DNA of 64,000 nucleotides from Vicugna vicugna. Taxonomy: Eukaryota. Made by a program: the position numbers and the translations under genes. Shown here one piece after another: positions 1-12,049 of the stretch (positions within the stretch are counted from its first letter, which is position 1; each line of letters begins with the position of its first letter). The DNA lies in NCBI GenBank assembly GCA_013265495.1, contig MU058252.1, forward strand, positions 496,001 through 560,000. The letters run 5' to 3'. Under the pieces are notes generated by a model. The model was not told the origin of the DNA and did not search any database. It worked only from the letters and a program-made list of their open reading frames with translations.

Positions 1-383
1 GCACAGTTGTGAATGATCTGGGAATGTCCTAGAGAGCCACCCTGTTCGTTGGAGAAGAGGGGACGATCCCAGAGGGGACCCATCCTCCCAGACCAGAGTA
101 TTGGGAGCATTTGCTGGCTCACAGCTTTTATTCCCTTGAGAAACAGTGGGGTTCTTTGCAGAGGGAATAGGGCATCCTTAGTTGCCTATTTAACTTACTC
201 TTTTCCAAAATCCAGTGGTGAGTGTGAGGCCACGATTGAGGAGACACTGGAATGAGCTTCTGCCCCCCCACCCCAATTCCGCAGCACTGGCAGTAATAGG
301 TGTGAATGCGAGGGGGGGTTAAAGGCGGTTGAGATGGGCAGCCTTCCCTGTGGGGCATTGATTGGTATCCTTGGTCCCTCTAG

Positions 384-566
384 GGGCAGCAGTATCGCTC
401 ATTTGAACTGGCCAAAAATAGGGACCCTGAGAAGGAGGGGAGCTCGGCTTTCCTGAATGCTTTTGCGGTGCACCCTGTCTCCGAGGGAACCCTCATGTAC
501 CAGCTCCACAAACGCTTCAGTGCCCTGGAGCTGGAGCGGGCGTACAGTGAAATAGAACAACTGCAG
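384..566 (+). CDS. CHPF2: CHPF2 (chondroitin polymerizing factor 2) penultimate coding exon, 61 codons
   Basis: tag|GGGCAGCAG acceptor and CTGCAG|gtgagc donor. 183 nt translate to GQQYRSFELAKNRDPEKEGSSAFLNAFAVHPVSEGTLMYQLHKRFSALELERAYSEIEQLQ, recognisably CHPF2. Confidence 0.96.
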
Positions 567-1084
567 GTGAGCCAGGGGACCAGGGTTGGAGATCAGAGGG
601 AGCTTCAGGGTCCAGGTGCACAGTGAGTGGAGGGGGAGGCTGAGCAAGGTAGAAAGAGGCTGACCATACCTAAATTTGAAACAACTCCAGGGAGAAGGGG
701 CTCTTGGGGGTCTAGTTCAATCATATGACAGTCAAAGCTCCTGGCATGACTTGGATGCACTTAAAAGGGCTTGCAGGTGAATTCTGAGGATCTGGGCTTG
801 ATAGAGCGTTTAGAATAGTTTTAACTTCTTTCCAGTAGAGTCTCTCCACCGAAGAGGCAAAAGCCCAGAAGTCCTTGAACTTCTAGCATTCTCTTTAAAA
901 AGTCCAAAGATAGAAGAATTGTCTAGTTGATTGTGGGGACTGTCAGGGGTGGAATACAGTTGAAAATAAAGGTCCCTTTATGAAGAGGATATGAGTACTT
1001 TGGGCATGGAAGAGAAAGGCTGCTGAGCTGTGTTTCAGGACGCTCTAACCTCCACGAAAGCACATTTCCCACCTCCTCCTTCTC

Positions 1085-1230
1085 ACAGCAATTATGTAAG
1101 GTGGGTATGATTCTTATGCCTTCTGCATCTTACAGGTAAAGAATGTAAAGTACAGGGAATTAAATGATAAGCCGACGGCCATCTCACTAAGTGTTGATGG
1201 AATCAGGACAGACCTCAGAACCCAGGACGC
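1085..1230 (-). mobile_element. MIR
   Basis: catcttacaggtaaagaa core resemblance. Confidence 0.5.
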
Positions 1231-1291
1231 CAGAGCTGGGTAGGGTGCTGACTACCTAGATGGCATTAACCGTGCATCCCTCCCACCCTAG

Positions 1292-2599
1292 GCTCAGATC
1301 CGGAACCTGACTGCACTGACCCCAGAGGGGGAGGCAGGGCTGAGCTGGCCCATTGGGCTCCCTGCCCCTTTTACAGCGCACTCTCGTTTTGAGGTGCTGG
1401 GCTGGGACTACTTCACAGAGCAGCACACCTTCTCCTGCGCAGACGGGGCCCCCAAGTGCCCGCTGCAGGGGGCCAGCAGGGCGGACGTGGGCGACGCCGT
1501 GGAGACTGCTTTGGAGCAGCTGAATCGGCGCTATCAGCCCCGCCTGCGCTTCCAGAAGCAGCGGCTGCTCAACGGCTACCGGCGCTTCGATCCAGCGCGG
1601 GGCATGGAGTATACCCTGGACCTGCTGCTGGAGGCCGTGACGCAGCGAGGGCACCGGCGGGCCCTGGCCCGCAGGGTCAGCCTGCTGCGGCCACTGAGCC
1701 GGGTGGAAATCCTCCCTATGCCCTATGTCACTGAGGCCACCCGAGTGCAGCTGGTGCTGCCGCTGCTGGTGGCCGAAGCTGCTGCGGCCCCTGCCTTCCT
1801 CGAGGCCTTTGCAGCCAGTGTCCTGGAGCCACGAGAGCATGCGTTGCTCACCTTGTTGCTGGTCTACGGGCCTCGGGAAGGTGGCCGAGGGGCCCCAGAC
1901 CCATTTCTTGGGGTGAAGGCGGCAGCGGCTGAGTTGGAACGACGGTACCCTGGGACGAGGCTGGCCTGGCTCGCCGTGCGAGCGGAGGCCCCTTCCCAGG
2001 TGCGGCTCATGGACGTGGTCTCTAAGAAGCACCCGGTGGACACGCTCTTCTTCCTCACCACCGTGTGGACCAGGCCCGGGCCCGAAGTCCTCAACCGCTG
2101 CCGCATGAATGCCATCTCCGGCTGGCAGGCCTTCTTCCCAGTCCATTTCCAGGAGTTCAACCCTGCCCTGGCACCACAGAGATCTCCCCCAGGGCCCCCG
2201 GGGGCTGGCCCTGACCCCCCGTCCCCTCCTGGAGGTGACCCTTCCCGGGGGGCTCCCGTAGGGGGCAGGTTTGACCGACAGGCTTCCGCAGAGGGCTGNN
2301 NNNNNNNNNNNNNNNNNNNNNNNNNNNNNNNNNNNNNNNNNNNNNNNNNNNNNNNNNNNNNNNNNNNNNNNNNNNNNNNNNNNNNNNNNNNNNNNNNNNN
2401 NNNNNNNNNNNNNNNNNNNNNNNNNNNNNNNNNNNNNNNNNNNNNNNNNNNNNNNNNNNNNNNNNNNNNNNNNNNNNNNNNNNNNNGGCTCAGTGAGGAA
2501 CTGTACCACCGCTGCCGCCTTAGCAACCTGGAGGGGCTGGGGGGCCGCGCCCAGCTTGCCATGGCTCTGTTTGAGCAGGAGCAGGCCAACAGCACCTAG
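1292..2599 (+). CDS. CHPF2: CHPF2 last coding exon (AQIRNLT...EQEQANST*); 2299-2486 masked
   Basis: ctag|GCTCAG acceptor, in frame with ORF 1394..2599, stop TAG at 2597-2599. The frame is preserved across the N-run (64 codons, 2297-2488), the length I recall for the human segment CFYNADY...DCSPR. Confidence 0.96.
   Translation, partial: AQIRNLTALTPEGEAGLSWPIGLPAPFTAHSRFEVLGWDYFTEQHTFSCADGAPKCPLQGASRADVGDAVETALEQLNRRYQPRLRFQKQRLLNGYRRFDPARGMEYTLDLLLEAVTQRGHRRALARRVSLLRPLSRVEILPMPYVTEATRVQLVLPLLVAEAAAAPAFLEAFAASVLEPREHALLTLLLVYGPREGGRGAPDPFLGVKAAAAELERRYPGTRLAWLAVRAEAPSQVRLMDVVSKKHPVDTLFFLTTVWTRPGPEVLNRCRMNAISGWQAFFPVHFQEFNPALAPQRSPPGPPGAGPDPPSPPGGDPSRGAPVGGRFDRQASAEGXXXXXXXXXXXXXXXXXXXXXXXXXXXXXXXXXXXXXXXXXXXXXXXXXXXXXXXXXXXXXXXXLSEELYHRCRLSNLEGLGGRAQLAMALFEQEQANST
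2339..2456 (+). ncRNA. MIR671: MIR671 precursor, expected inside the CHPF2 CDS (entirely within the N-run, not visible)
   Basis: Established knowledge: mir-671 overlaps the CHPF2 codons for AGELAGQEEEEALEGLEVMDVFLRFSGLHLFRAVEPGLV. Position inferred by counting codons from the visible flank; no hairpin sequence is visible. Confidence 0.55.
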
Positions 2600-2635
2600 C
2601 ACAGCCCGGGGCCCTGCACCTCCACACATTTCCTT

Positions 2636-2659
2636 CTCGGCCTCGGCCTCGGCCTCGGC
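2636..2659 (+). repeat. (CTCGGC)4 hexamer repeat in the CHPF2 3'UTR
   Basis: Four perfect copies read directly. Confidence 0.9.
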
Positions 2660-2716
2660 CCCGTGAAGGCAAGGCAAGATGGATGGACAGATGGAGAGCT
2701 CATTGCTGTATTTTTT

Positions 2717-2722
2717 TTTAAT
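2717..2722 (-). terminator. SMARCD3: Candidate distal SMARCD3 poly(A) signal ATTAAA
   Basis: Plus-strand tttaat at 2717-2722 reads ATTAAA on the minus strand. Confidence 0.45.
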
Positions 2723-2733
2723 AAGAAAATGTT

Positions 2734-2739
2734 ATTAAA
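2734..2739 (+). terminator. CHPF2: CHPF2 poly(A) signal ATTAAA
   Basis: ATTAAA 135 nt after the stop, with a GT/T-rich downstream element (gactgtttttagg). Confidence 0.75.
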
Positions 2740-2884
2740 AGTGTCTTCTGCCAGACTGTTTTTAGGTCTAGGGAAAATGTAGTGAGAAGACTCTGAGGAA
2801 GGGGGTGGGCGTTTCCCAGAGGGACCCAGTGCCCTTCCCTCCCCAGTCATCAGTGACCACACAGCTGCTATCAGATGAATGACC

Positions 2885-2890
2885 TTTAAT
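2885..2890 (-). terminator. SMARCD3: SMARCD3 proximal poly(A) signal ATTAAA
   Basis: Plus-strand tttaat at 2885-2890, ~110 nt past the SMARCD3 stop. Confidence 0.7.
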
Positions 2891-2997
2891 CCAGTCCCCG
2901 CCTCACCCACCAGGCATCAGGAGTGGTGGCAGAGCCCCAGGGGACAGGGCAGGGGCCCAGAGGCCCATGGTGGCAGTGGCACTCATTCACAGGGCTC

Positions 2998-3051
2998 CTA
3001 GGTGTTACGCACGACCAGCGACTGCTCCAGCTCCTGCCTGCGCTGCTGGAT
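2998..3051 (-). CDS. SMARCD3: SMARCD3 exon 13 CDS (IQQRRQELEQSLVVRNT*)
   Basis: AG acceptor at 3052-3053, 54 nt, stop TAG at 2998-3000. Confidence 0.96.
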   Translation of the reverse strand: MQQRRQELEQSLVVRNT

Positions 3052-3253
3052 CTGTAGAGAAACAGGAGCAGGAGCAGGGTTACGTGTTGCTGGTGAGTGA
3101 CAGGACAGGCCCCCACCTGCCCTGGAGGAGCATCTGGGAGCAGGGAAGGCTCCCTTGTGGTGAAGGGGAGGGTGGAGTGGCTGGTGAGGCTGAGAAGGGA
3201 GGTTTCTACTGGAGTAAGTGGGGGAGGCTGGAGGTATAGGGGGCCCTCCATAC

Positions 3254-3355
3254 CTTGCAGTAAAAGTAGCGGCTGACGGCTTCCTGGGACCAGGGCTGGT
3301 GGTAGAACTCGGCCCGGCGCTCCTCCTCAGGGTTGCCTGCCACATCTGTCATTAC
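3254..3355 (-). CDS. SMARCD3: SMARCD3 exon 12 ([34 protein letters not shown])
   Basis: 102 nt with AG/GT boundaries. Confidence 0.96.
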
Positions 3356-3454
3356 CTGGGAGGGAGCAGTGGGGTCAGCCCTGAGCCCAGACCCCCTCCA
3401 GCCCCTGTGTACCACGTTTATGGTCTTCCCAATGTGCTTGTTTTCCATCCAGTG

Positions 3455-3610
3455 NNNNNNNNNNNNNNNNNNNNNNNNNNNNNNNNNNNNNNNNNNNNNN
3501 NNNNNNNNNNNNNNNNNNNNNNNNNNNNNNNNNNNNNNNNNNNNNNNNNNNNNNNNNNNNNNNNNNNNNNNNNNNNNNNNNNNNNNNNNNNNNNNNNNNN
3601 NNNNNNNNNN
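3455..3610 (-). CDS. SMARCD3: SMARCD3 exon 11 (expected 123 nt, IHETIES...SRDLK) hidden in the N-run; coordinates are those of the gap
   Basis: This is the only exon missing between exons 10 and 12. The 156-nt gap can hold it and flanking phases (0/0) are compatible. Confidence 0.7.
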
Positions 3611-3865
3611 ACAGATCCTTTCACCTGGCAGTGCTGATGTGGGAGAGGAGGGGAGTGGGCAAGAGGTGGGAGGGGTTTGCTGCTGTTCCTTTGAAGAGCA
3701 GCCCCTCAAGCCCCCGAGGCCTCTGCAGTCCCAGGGAAGGGGGTAGGGGGGCCGAGCTCCAAGTAGCTCACCTCCCCTTCAGAGGCCCATGTTCTTGTCT
3801 GTTTTGTCTGTACTTTTGTCATTTGGGGGTTGATGTCCCACTCCAGCTCTGGGCTGTGGCCCCAC

Positions 3866-4001
3866 CTTACTGTCCAGAGCACTGATCTCCTGCTGGTTGG
3901 CTGTGGACAGGAGGAAGCTGCTCATCTGTCCCTTCAGCGGCTCCTCCACCTCCACGTCAATGTCATAGCACGCTGTCTTCTTCTGGTCTGACGGGTCCAC
4001 G
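3866..4001 (-). CDS. SMARCD3: SMARCD3 exon 10 ([45 protein letters not shown])
   Basis: 136 nt with AG/GT boundaries; phase matches exon 9. Confidence 0.96.
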
Positions 4002-4158
4002 CTGCCAGGGAAGTCCAGCCCTTGGTGTCTAGCTGCCCCGCCACAAGAGGCCAAGGGCCAGAAGCCACAGGGAAGGAGGGGCCTGGGGGTGGGGAGATGG
4101 GACAAGGAGGGCAGGATCACAATGATTACCTGTTCTGAGGAGCAGGTTGGGGCCTCAC

Positions 4159-4256
4159 CTGATAACGTGGTTGATGACAATTGGGTCAGGGGGCAAGAGC
4201 AGAGCTGTGAGGCGCTGGGGGATCTCAGAAAACTTCAGCCGCGGACAATCAAAAAT
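4159..4256 (-). CDS. SMARCD3: SMARCD3 exon 9 ([32 protein letters not shown])
   Basis: 98 nt, tag|ATT acceptor and AG|gtgag donor. Confidence 0.96.
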
Positions 4257-4439
4257 CTAAAGTAGGAGAGAGAGATCACTGTTCTGTGCTTGAAAAGAGC
4301 ATACTTTCCATTCTGAAAAGGCCACAAGAAGCCAGGAACAAGTCTAATTCCTCAGTGCCTGTGGGGCTGGGGCGAGGGTGGCTGTGAGTAGTGGAGCGCT
4401 GACAAGGAGGTAGGTGGGCGCCGCGCAGAGGTTGAGAGC

Positions 4440-4665
4440 ACAGGCCCTGGGTTGGCTGGCCTGAGTATAAACCCTCCTTCCGCCACTCTCTGTGCGACCC
4501 TGAGCAACTTGCTTAACATCTCAGGTCTCAGTTTCTTCCTCTAGAAAGGGGATGATAATAGGACCTGTCTCATGGGGTTGCTGTGAAAATTGAATGAGTT
4601 GGCACGCACGAAGTGCTGGGAACAGTGCCTGGCACGTGGTAAGTGCTCAATAAACATTGACTGAT
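4440..4665 (+). mobile_element. MIR
   Basis: ctcagtttcttcctct...gtgcctggcacgtggtaagtgctcaataaa. Confidence 0.8.
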
Positions 4666-5148
4666 TTTCACTACTCAGGTGTATCTGCTGTATTTCTTTA
4701 AAAGTTATTATTAATCATGGTCTCTGGTAGAGTTTTGTCAAGTCATTTCCACAGCAATTTGATTTTCCTAACTGCCCAGTGGATTAGATGGGACAGGTTT
4801 GTTATCACCATATTGTATAGATAAGGAATAAGGCTCAAGATAGCTAAGTAATTTACCTAAAGTCTGGACCCAGGACTAGAACCCAAGGATCTTAACTCCT
4901 AGTGCCAAGAATATGTTCCCAAAAGCTGTTGGCTCAGTAGGGTTCCAGGTCTAGTCTGGGGAGGCTGAAATGGATGGGCTGTGCACAGAGCTATGCCATG
5001 GTACAGCCTGGACTGGAACCCTGGTCTCTGGCTCCAAGACCATGAGTGTCTACCATTTCTGATACCAGGAATCACGGAGGGAGGGATGGGGTTACCTTAG
5101 TAACCAGTAATTCTGCCAGCTCCCCATGGGGTTGGGGAGGGAGGGTAC

Positions 5149-5310
5149 CTGCTGGAAATACTTGTCCCCATTGATGTATTCCTTGTCGTGCGAGTCCTGC
5201 AGCCTGTTGGTCTTCACGTACTGCCACAGGGCCTGGACAATGGCTGAGCGGCTCTGTGTGTGCAACCCCAGCAGCCGGGCCAGGCGGGGGTCCAGTTTGA
5301 ATTGAGGAGG
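5149..5310 (-). CDS. SMARCD3: SMARCD3 exon 8, SWIB/MDM2 domain ([10 protein letters not shown]...DKYFQQ)
   Basis: 162 nt with AG/GT boundaries. Confidence 0.96.
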
Positions 5311-5561
5311 CTGGGAAAAGGTGACCATGAAAATTAAATAAAAGAGAGAGGAAAGAGCTCAGGGCCAGGAGGCTTGGGACTAGTGGAATGTGGTGGTTGG
5401 GTTCCTGGGAAACATGCTTCCGGAGAAGATGGGATAGGGAGGAGAATGGGGTGACTCACAATGTGCACCTTTGAGGCCGAGGCCCACCCTGTCTAGGAGG
5501 AAGGGAATGGGGGTATGGAGGGCCTCCTGTGGTGTCTGGGGCGGGGTGGGGAGGCACGGAC

Positions 5562-5663
5562 CTGGTAGTCCAGCATGAGGAGCAGCGTGCAGCGCACACT
5601 CAGGTCCCCCGGCCTCTTCACCTGGAACCCATCTGTCTCCTGTGTTGTGGGCGTCCGGTGCCA
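5562..5663 (-). CDS. SMARCD3: SMARCD3 exon 7 ([34 protein letters not shown])
   Basis: 102 nt with AG/GT boundaries. Confidence 0.96.
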
Positions 5664-5776
5664 CTGTCCAGGGGACAAGAGCTGGGTCACCTCACAGGCC
5701 CATCTGGGCTGGTGGGGCCTGGGGCTCTAGGGTGGTCCCTGATCCAGATCTATGCAGCTGATAGGACTGAGGTCTA

Positions 5777-6097
<321 letters not shown>

Positions 6098-6178
6098 CTA
6101 ACCCTAGTGAAATGTTCTGTCCTCAGCTCAGCCCATACCCACCCCAGGACACCTGGAGAGACCTGGGCCAGGACGTAC

Positions 6179-6716
<538 letters not shown>

Positions 6717-7435
6717 TTAAGGGCCTTGTTTGTAGGGATAAAACTGCTCCTGCTAGGGAGATTCATGCATTCCATCACTAGGGGAGGCCGGAGCAACCAT
6801 GCAGCCCAGCAGGCACTAGGGCTTCACCTCCTCATCTTGTCCTTTCCCTTGTCACATGGCCTCTGGACTTCCCTTGGGTGTCTGCAAAGTGGCTAGGACC
6901 CTGAGGTCCCTGAGACATGGAAAGTTGCCACTTGCTCCAACTGATGTCTCAATCATGCTATCTCCGCACCCAGCTCAGCCTGGGTCCGCTTATGATGCCC
7001 GGGCCTTTGGCCAGCTTCTGTTCCCTCATTCCCCCTGCCAGCCTGTGATCCCCTAGCTCTTGTCCCCTCTTTGTCCCATGCCTTTACGTCTTCAGACCTC
7101 TGGAACTCAATCTACTGCCCTCAGGCCCAGTATCCTACCCTGTATGGCTCCACTTCTTCCCTCCCCCCACCCCCTCCCTCTGGCCTGGGGAGCCTCACTT
7201 CTTAATTAGCTTTTTAAACAAAAAGTGAAAGTGACTGTGACGCTGGAGCTCCGCTCCTGAGGGGGGAGGGGAGGCGGCCAGGGTGGTGGGGAGGGGGGAA
7301 NNNNNNNNNNNNNNNNNNNNNNNNNNNNNNNNNNNNNNNNNNNNNNNNNNNNNNNNNNNNNNNNNNNNNNNNNNNNNNNNNNNNNNNNNNNNNNNNNNNN
7401 NNNNNGGGCTGGGGGCTGCTGTGAAAGACACTCAC

Positions 7436-7478
7436 CCTTTGAGGGAGGATTTTGTCAGCCATCTTCCTCCTCTTGGCA
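7436..7478 (-). CDS. SMARCD3: SMARCD3 exon 3 (AKRRKMADKILPQR)
   Basis: 43 nt, cag|T acceptor and AGG|gtgag donor. Confidence 0.95.
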
Positions 7479-8692
7479 CTGTACATTTTTTAAAGAAAAA
7501 ACCAGGTTACCATGGCGACAGATCTGGGAGTAACGAGGCCACCTGCTAAATTATCCCGACATCTCAGCCCGCCTGGCTGGGGTTCCCACAGCCCACTTGT
7601 CTGCCCGCCCAAGGGGCTATGATGTGGTGTGTTGCACTGGCACTCTGTCCTCTCACGAGGAGCAGAGGTGACCCCGTCCTTTCTGTAGCCTGGGAGCCCC
7701 TTTCTGCTCCACCACATCCTCAGGGCCAGAGAAATTAGACTTTGAAGGGGCTAGGGGTAGGGGAGCTGCAGAAGCAAGCGTTTGAGGAAAGCTGGGGAGG
7801 GGAGAGGACAGAGGAGAGGGAAGAAGGATTCTGAGGATTTTCCTTTTCTGCTAAGCAGGGGTGCATGTTCAAGGAGGCCTGAGCTCAGAGGAAGGGGAGC
7901 AGCCCCGCTGCCCCATCCCTGGAGCAGGAAGTGATGGTGTGAAGCTGCTGAGGACTCGCACCCCTGCCCTGCCTGGGCTTGGAAGGCAACACTGGTGGGC
8001 AAGGAATGCTCATGCCCTTGGACCACTTGCCAACAGGGCCCAGGGACACACCCATAGGTATTCAGAGAGTGGGTACGGATGTTCTCCTGTGGGTGTGGCA
8101 GTGGGCTGGACCTGGGGTGGCAACTGAGACTTGGACTCTTCTTGATCCACTAGCCGCTTCTGACTCCCAAAAGCACCCCAGAAAATCCTTGGCGGGTAGA
8201 AATTAGGACCCATCCTAGAGGATGGCTGCATACTGCCCCCGTGTGGTGTTCTCAACCACTGCCCCCTACCTGCCCAAAAATCTATTCTAAGGCTAGGCAA
8301 GCAGTTTTCTGAAAGGTCTGATTTGTTTTCAACAAATTATCTATGTGAAATTTTCCATTTATACAATGTAAATCAGAGACTTTTTTTTTACTGTATTAAA
8401 AGAATGACTCACTGCGAAAGAATTCATTGTGGGATTTCTATAAATGGTAAATTTCCCTTGATATGTAAAAAATATTTAATAATGAGCTAAAATCCATATT
8501 GCACCTTTTATAGGACTCCATCTGGTGTGCAAAGGGAAGCATGTGTGTTTGGCTAAATAGTGAAACCCAAAGAGATATCTCTCTTGCCAGGCACCAGCAT
8601 GGGCTTTTGGGGTGCCACCAGCTGGCTCAGACAAGGAAATCGGCTGGCCCCTGGTGGTTTGGGGGCAGACCTGGTCCAGAGGACAGACTGTG

Positions 8693-8897
8693 GCAGCTTT
8701 TCAACCTTTGAGTGCCTAAGAATCACCTGAGAGCACAACGGGGCAGAAAGTGCCCACCCACAGGGCAAATTCCCAGGCTCCACCCACCTGGCCAGAGATT
8801 CAGATTTAGAAGATCTGGAGTGGGGCTTTTAAACAGTCAAGCCAGGGGATTCCGAGGAAGGCACACTGGACAACCACGCTTTAAGAAACACGGCCTC
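8693..8897. mobile_element. MER5A-like hAT MITE
   Basis: cagcttttcaacctt...gaatcacctg...tttaagaaacacgg. Confidence 0.7.
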
Positions 8898-9198
8898 TAA
8901 AGCTCTGCTCTCTGTCCTAATGTCAGCCCTGCCTCCACCCCAAAGACTGAAGCATCACCCAAAGCTGGGGACAAGGGGTGGAGAGAGGGACAGAGCAGGT
9001 GGCGAGGAGAAGGGCGCGACGGCCGCAGCCTGTCTCTACGGTGGGCACACAAAGGAACCAGACCAGTGCCCCCTCAGCCCCCCTCCCCAGAGGGTATCCC
9101 ACCCAAGACGACTCGTTCCCTGATGATCATTCTCCCTTCTTCCAATCCCGCTCGTCGCCCACCCCGTCCCTGCGGGTCCTGCGGTCCGCCCCCTCCGC

Positions 9199-9442
9199 NN
9201 NNNNNNNNNNNNNNNNNNNNNNNNNNNNNNNNNNNNNNNNNNNNNNNNNNNNNNNNNNNNNNNNNNNNNNNNNNNNNNNNNNNNNNNNNNNNNNNNNNNN
9301 NNNNNNNNNNNNNNNNNNNNNNNNNNNNNNNNNNNNNNNNNNNNNNNNNNNNNNNNNNNNNNNNNNNNNNNNNNNNNNNNNNNNNNNNNNNNNNNNNNNN
9401 NNNNNNNNNNNNNNNNNNNNNNNNNNNNNNNNNNNNNNNNNN
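9199..9442 (-). CDS. SMARCD3: SMARCD3 exon 2 (expected 212 nt, RPGMPSGARM...) hidden in the N-run inside a CpG island; gap coordinates
   Basis: A minus-strand pyrimidine tract (tctttctgcttc) runs into the gap and the gap size fits. The exon is not visible elsewhere. Confidence 0.7.
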
Positions 9443-12049
9443 GAAGCAGAAAGAGGCGCCCGCCGGTCGCACCAGGCCCCGGCTCCAGGCGCGGTGAGCT
9501 GCGTCTCCCGAACCCCGAGCCCCCCGACCCGTGACCCTGATGCCGACGGCGTGAGCGAGGGGTGGGAGGGGCAGGGGCGCCGGAACCGCGCGGCTTTGGC
9601 GGAGGGGGCTTTGCGTCTCGCTGCAGGAAGCTAACTGAAGCCAGGCAACTGCACAGGGCATTGCCAGCCTCGGATTTGCGGAAGGTGCCGCGAAAATGAA
9701 TATTAATGGCGCCTTTCAACCTTTTCAAAGGATGTTCACATCCACACGCTCTTCGGCAAGACAGACTGAGCGGGTCCTTCCATCCCCACTTGACAGATGA
9801 GGCAACCGCGGCTCAAGGAGAAAAGCAACCTAGCCAAGGTCATGCAGCAACTCCTGGTGAAGGCAGCACTGAGCGGCTGTTTCCTGAGGGGACAGGGTCT
9901 TTGCTCTCTGCTGCTTCATTTCGTTTAGGGGCTGAGCTCCCTGCTGGGACTTCTGCCGCCCCTCTTTCCATTCCCTGCTTCCCAGTTCATTTCCTGGGCT
10001 GTCCTGCCCTTGCACTCACCCTTTCCATCTCAACCCACTCTACTCCCTGGGCCCCTGCTTTTGATCTCTCAGCTCCAATCCTCACCCCCTTCCTCTGATT
10101 CCAATACTCCGCAGGCAGGGGCTTTGCTGACTTGGCCAACCCCCACAATTTGCTCCCAAGGTGAAGGCTGGATGTGGGGCTGGAGGCCACCTGAGAGGCT
10201 GAGGTCAGACTTCACCAGGATTCTGTGATGGTGTCAGGGGAGCTCCACTGGAGGTGGGCTGTTCAGAGGGCTTGGGTAGCTCAAAAGCAGCAGCATTTCC
10301 TCTTACTAAGGGGAGCATTTCATCTCTCCCTTTTTGTCCTCCTGGATTACCAGAGATGGTCGCATCCTCCAGACCGCCTCACTTCCCACCCCACCCCAGT
10401 GAGGTCAGAAGTCAGGGCTCAAAGAGGGCCCAGGAGAGGGAGATGAGGTAGGTGATTCCCTCACCACTACCGGGGTGCTCAGATGGGAGGTAGATGACGT
10501 CAAATTCATCCAGTGAAGTATCCCACAGACTTTAAAACCCCACCTGTCCAGATTCCAGAAGAGGGGCTGGGGAGGGCCAGAGGGGCTGTAAAGTGGAGGC
10601 TGGGTGGATGTCTCCCTGGGACAAGGAGAGCAGGAAGGAGATTAGGGAGTGAGGGTTGCAGACCCTGTGCCCCTGTTACCATTTAAGTTCGACTCACTTC
10701 AACCCCAGGAGTGCAGCTGCTCCCAGGAACAAGGAGGAGCCCTGACCCCGAGCTTGGTGAATTCCTTCTAACTGCCAACTCTCCCTCCTGCCCTGCACTG
10801 TGTCTAACCCTAACCCCCAGCCAGCCAGCTGTCTCCGCCCATCGCCTCCACAGTGAAACCTGCCTGTCCTGTGTCTGCCTCCCCCGCCCCACCTGACCCT
10901 GTCACTCACACCTCCAGGGTGGTGGCCCAGAATAGAGCCCCAGCTGGCCATTCCCCACCAGCACAAATGGGGCACTGGGAGTGGGGCAGTGGGGCTCACA
11001 GCCACCCAAGAACTGAAGCTCTAAGTTGGCCAAATAAAAAATCCACATGTATAGCCCCTCTTCTTCCTAGATGGGCCTTTTCAAAGGGACTTCCCAAGCA
11101 GCAAGGTTAGGACTGGTCACTAGGCTGACCGACATGGGGACCCCTTGGAAGTTAGCCCAGAGATCCTTGGGGGCTGGAGGACAGGCTGCCTCAGGGAAGC
11201 CCCTTTCCCCATCAGCTGTTCTACCATTTCACAAGGCCAGTGGTACTCACTGATCTGTTGAATAGGCCCTGAGAGTGAAGCTTCCAAAGCCTCAGAGAAA
11301 TATGCCAGCTACCAGGGATCAGTGACCCCCAAGAAGGGCCAAGATTCTAGGGACTCTGGCCTCCCTGACTGAGAACGTGCCTTCCTCAGGGGTCACAACC
11401 AAATTTGGCCATAGTAAACCTGACTATTTCCTTTATACCACCAGCACCCAGCCCAAGTCCTGGAGCCCCTGCCTCTCCCATTCCACTGTCCTCCACAGCC
11501 CTTCCAACCTGATTCCATTCCCTCAGGTCCCCTGGGCTCCCTGTGGGCCTTCTTGTGGCCGGATGGTGCTGCCCTGTCCCTTGGTCTCTAGGCCTCACGT
11601 CTCTGACTCCAGCCCTTCCTTCACACCTTTGCAGCATTAAGGACATCAGCTTCTGGTGGCTGAGTCAGCCAAGGGATCCTCAGACCCCTTAACTTGGGGT
11701 CTGCCCCTAGAGAGGGCCTCTCTCTGGCCCTGAAGGCAGAGGCCATCAGCGAAGCCCCAGAGCCCTCCTGCTGGGATGCAGAGGTTGTTCAGACAGAGAG
11801 CTTCCCGCTCACAGGGACTCCAGGGTCACCTGCTCCTTGCTCCTGAGACACAGAGAGTCACTATCCCAGCGGATGAACAGTCAGCCCAGCCCAGCGATGC
11901 CATGTCCCCCACCCCCACCCCCAGGACAGGGGTAACACCTGGGCCCACAAGGAAAAGAAGACAACACATCTGGTCCAAGGGGGAACCCCCACTTGGCGGG
12001 GTACAATCCCCAAGTCCCACCCCCAACCCCTGACAAGAACCCATGCAAA

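Noticed and set aside
1256-2677. Long antisense ORFs (473 aa, 243 aa) opposite CHPF2
   Set aside because: Shadow frames of a GC-rich CDS, extended artificially through Ns; no recognisable protein.
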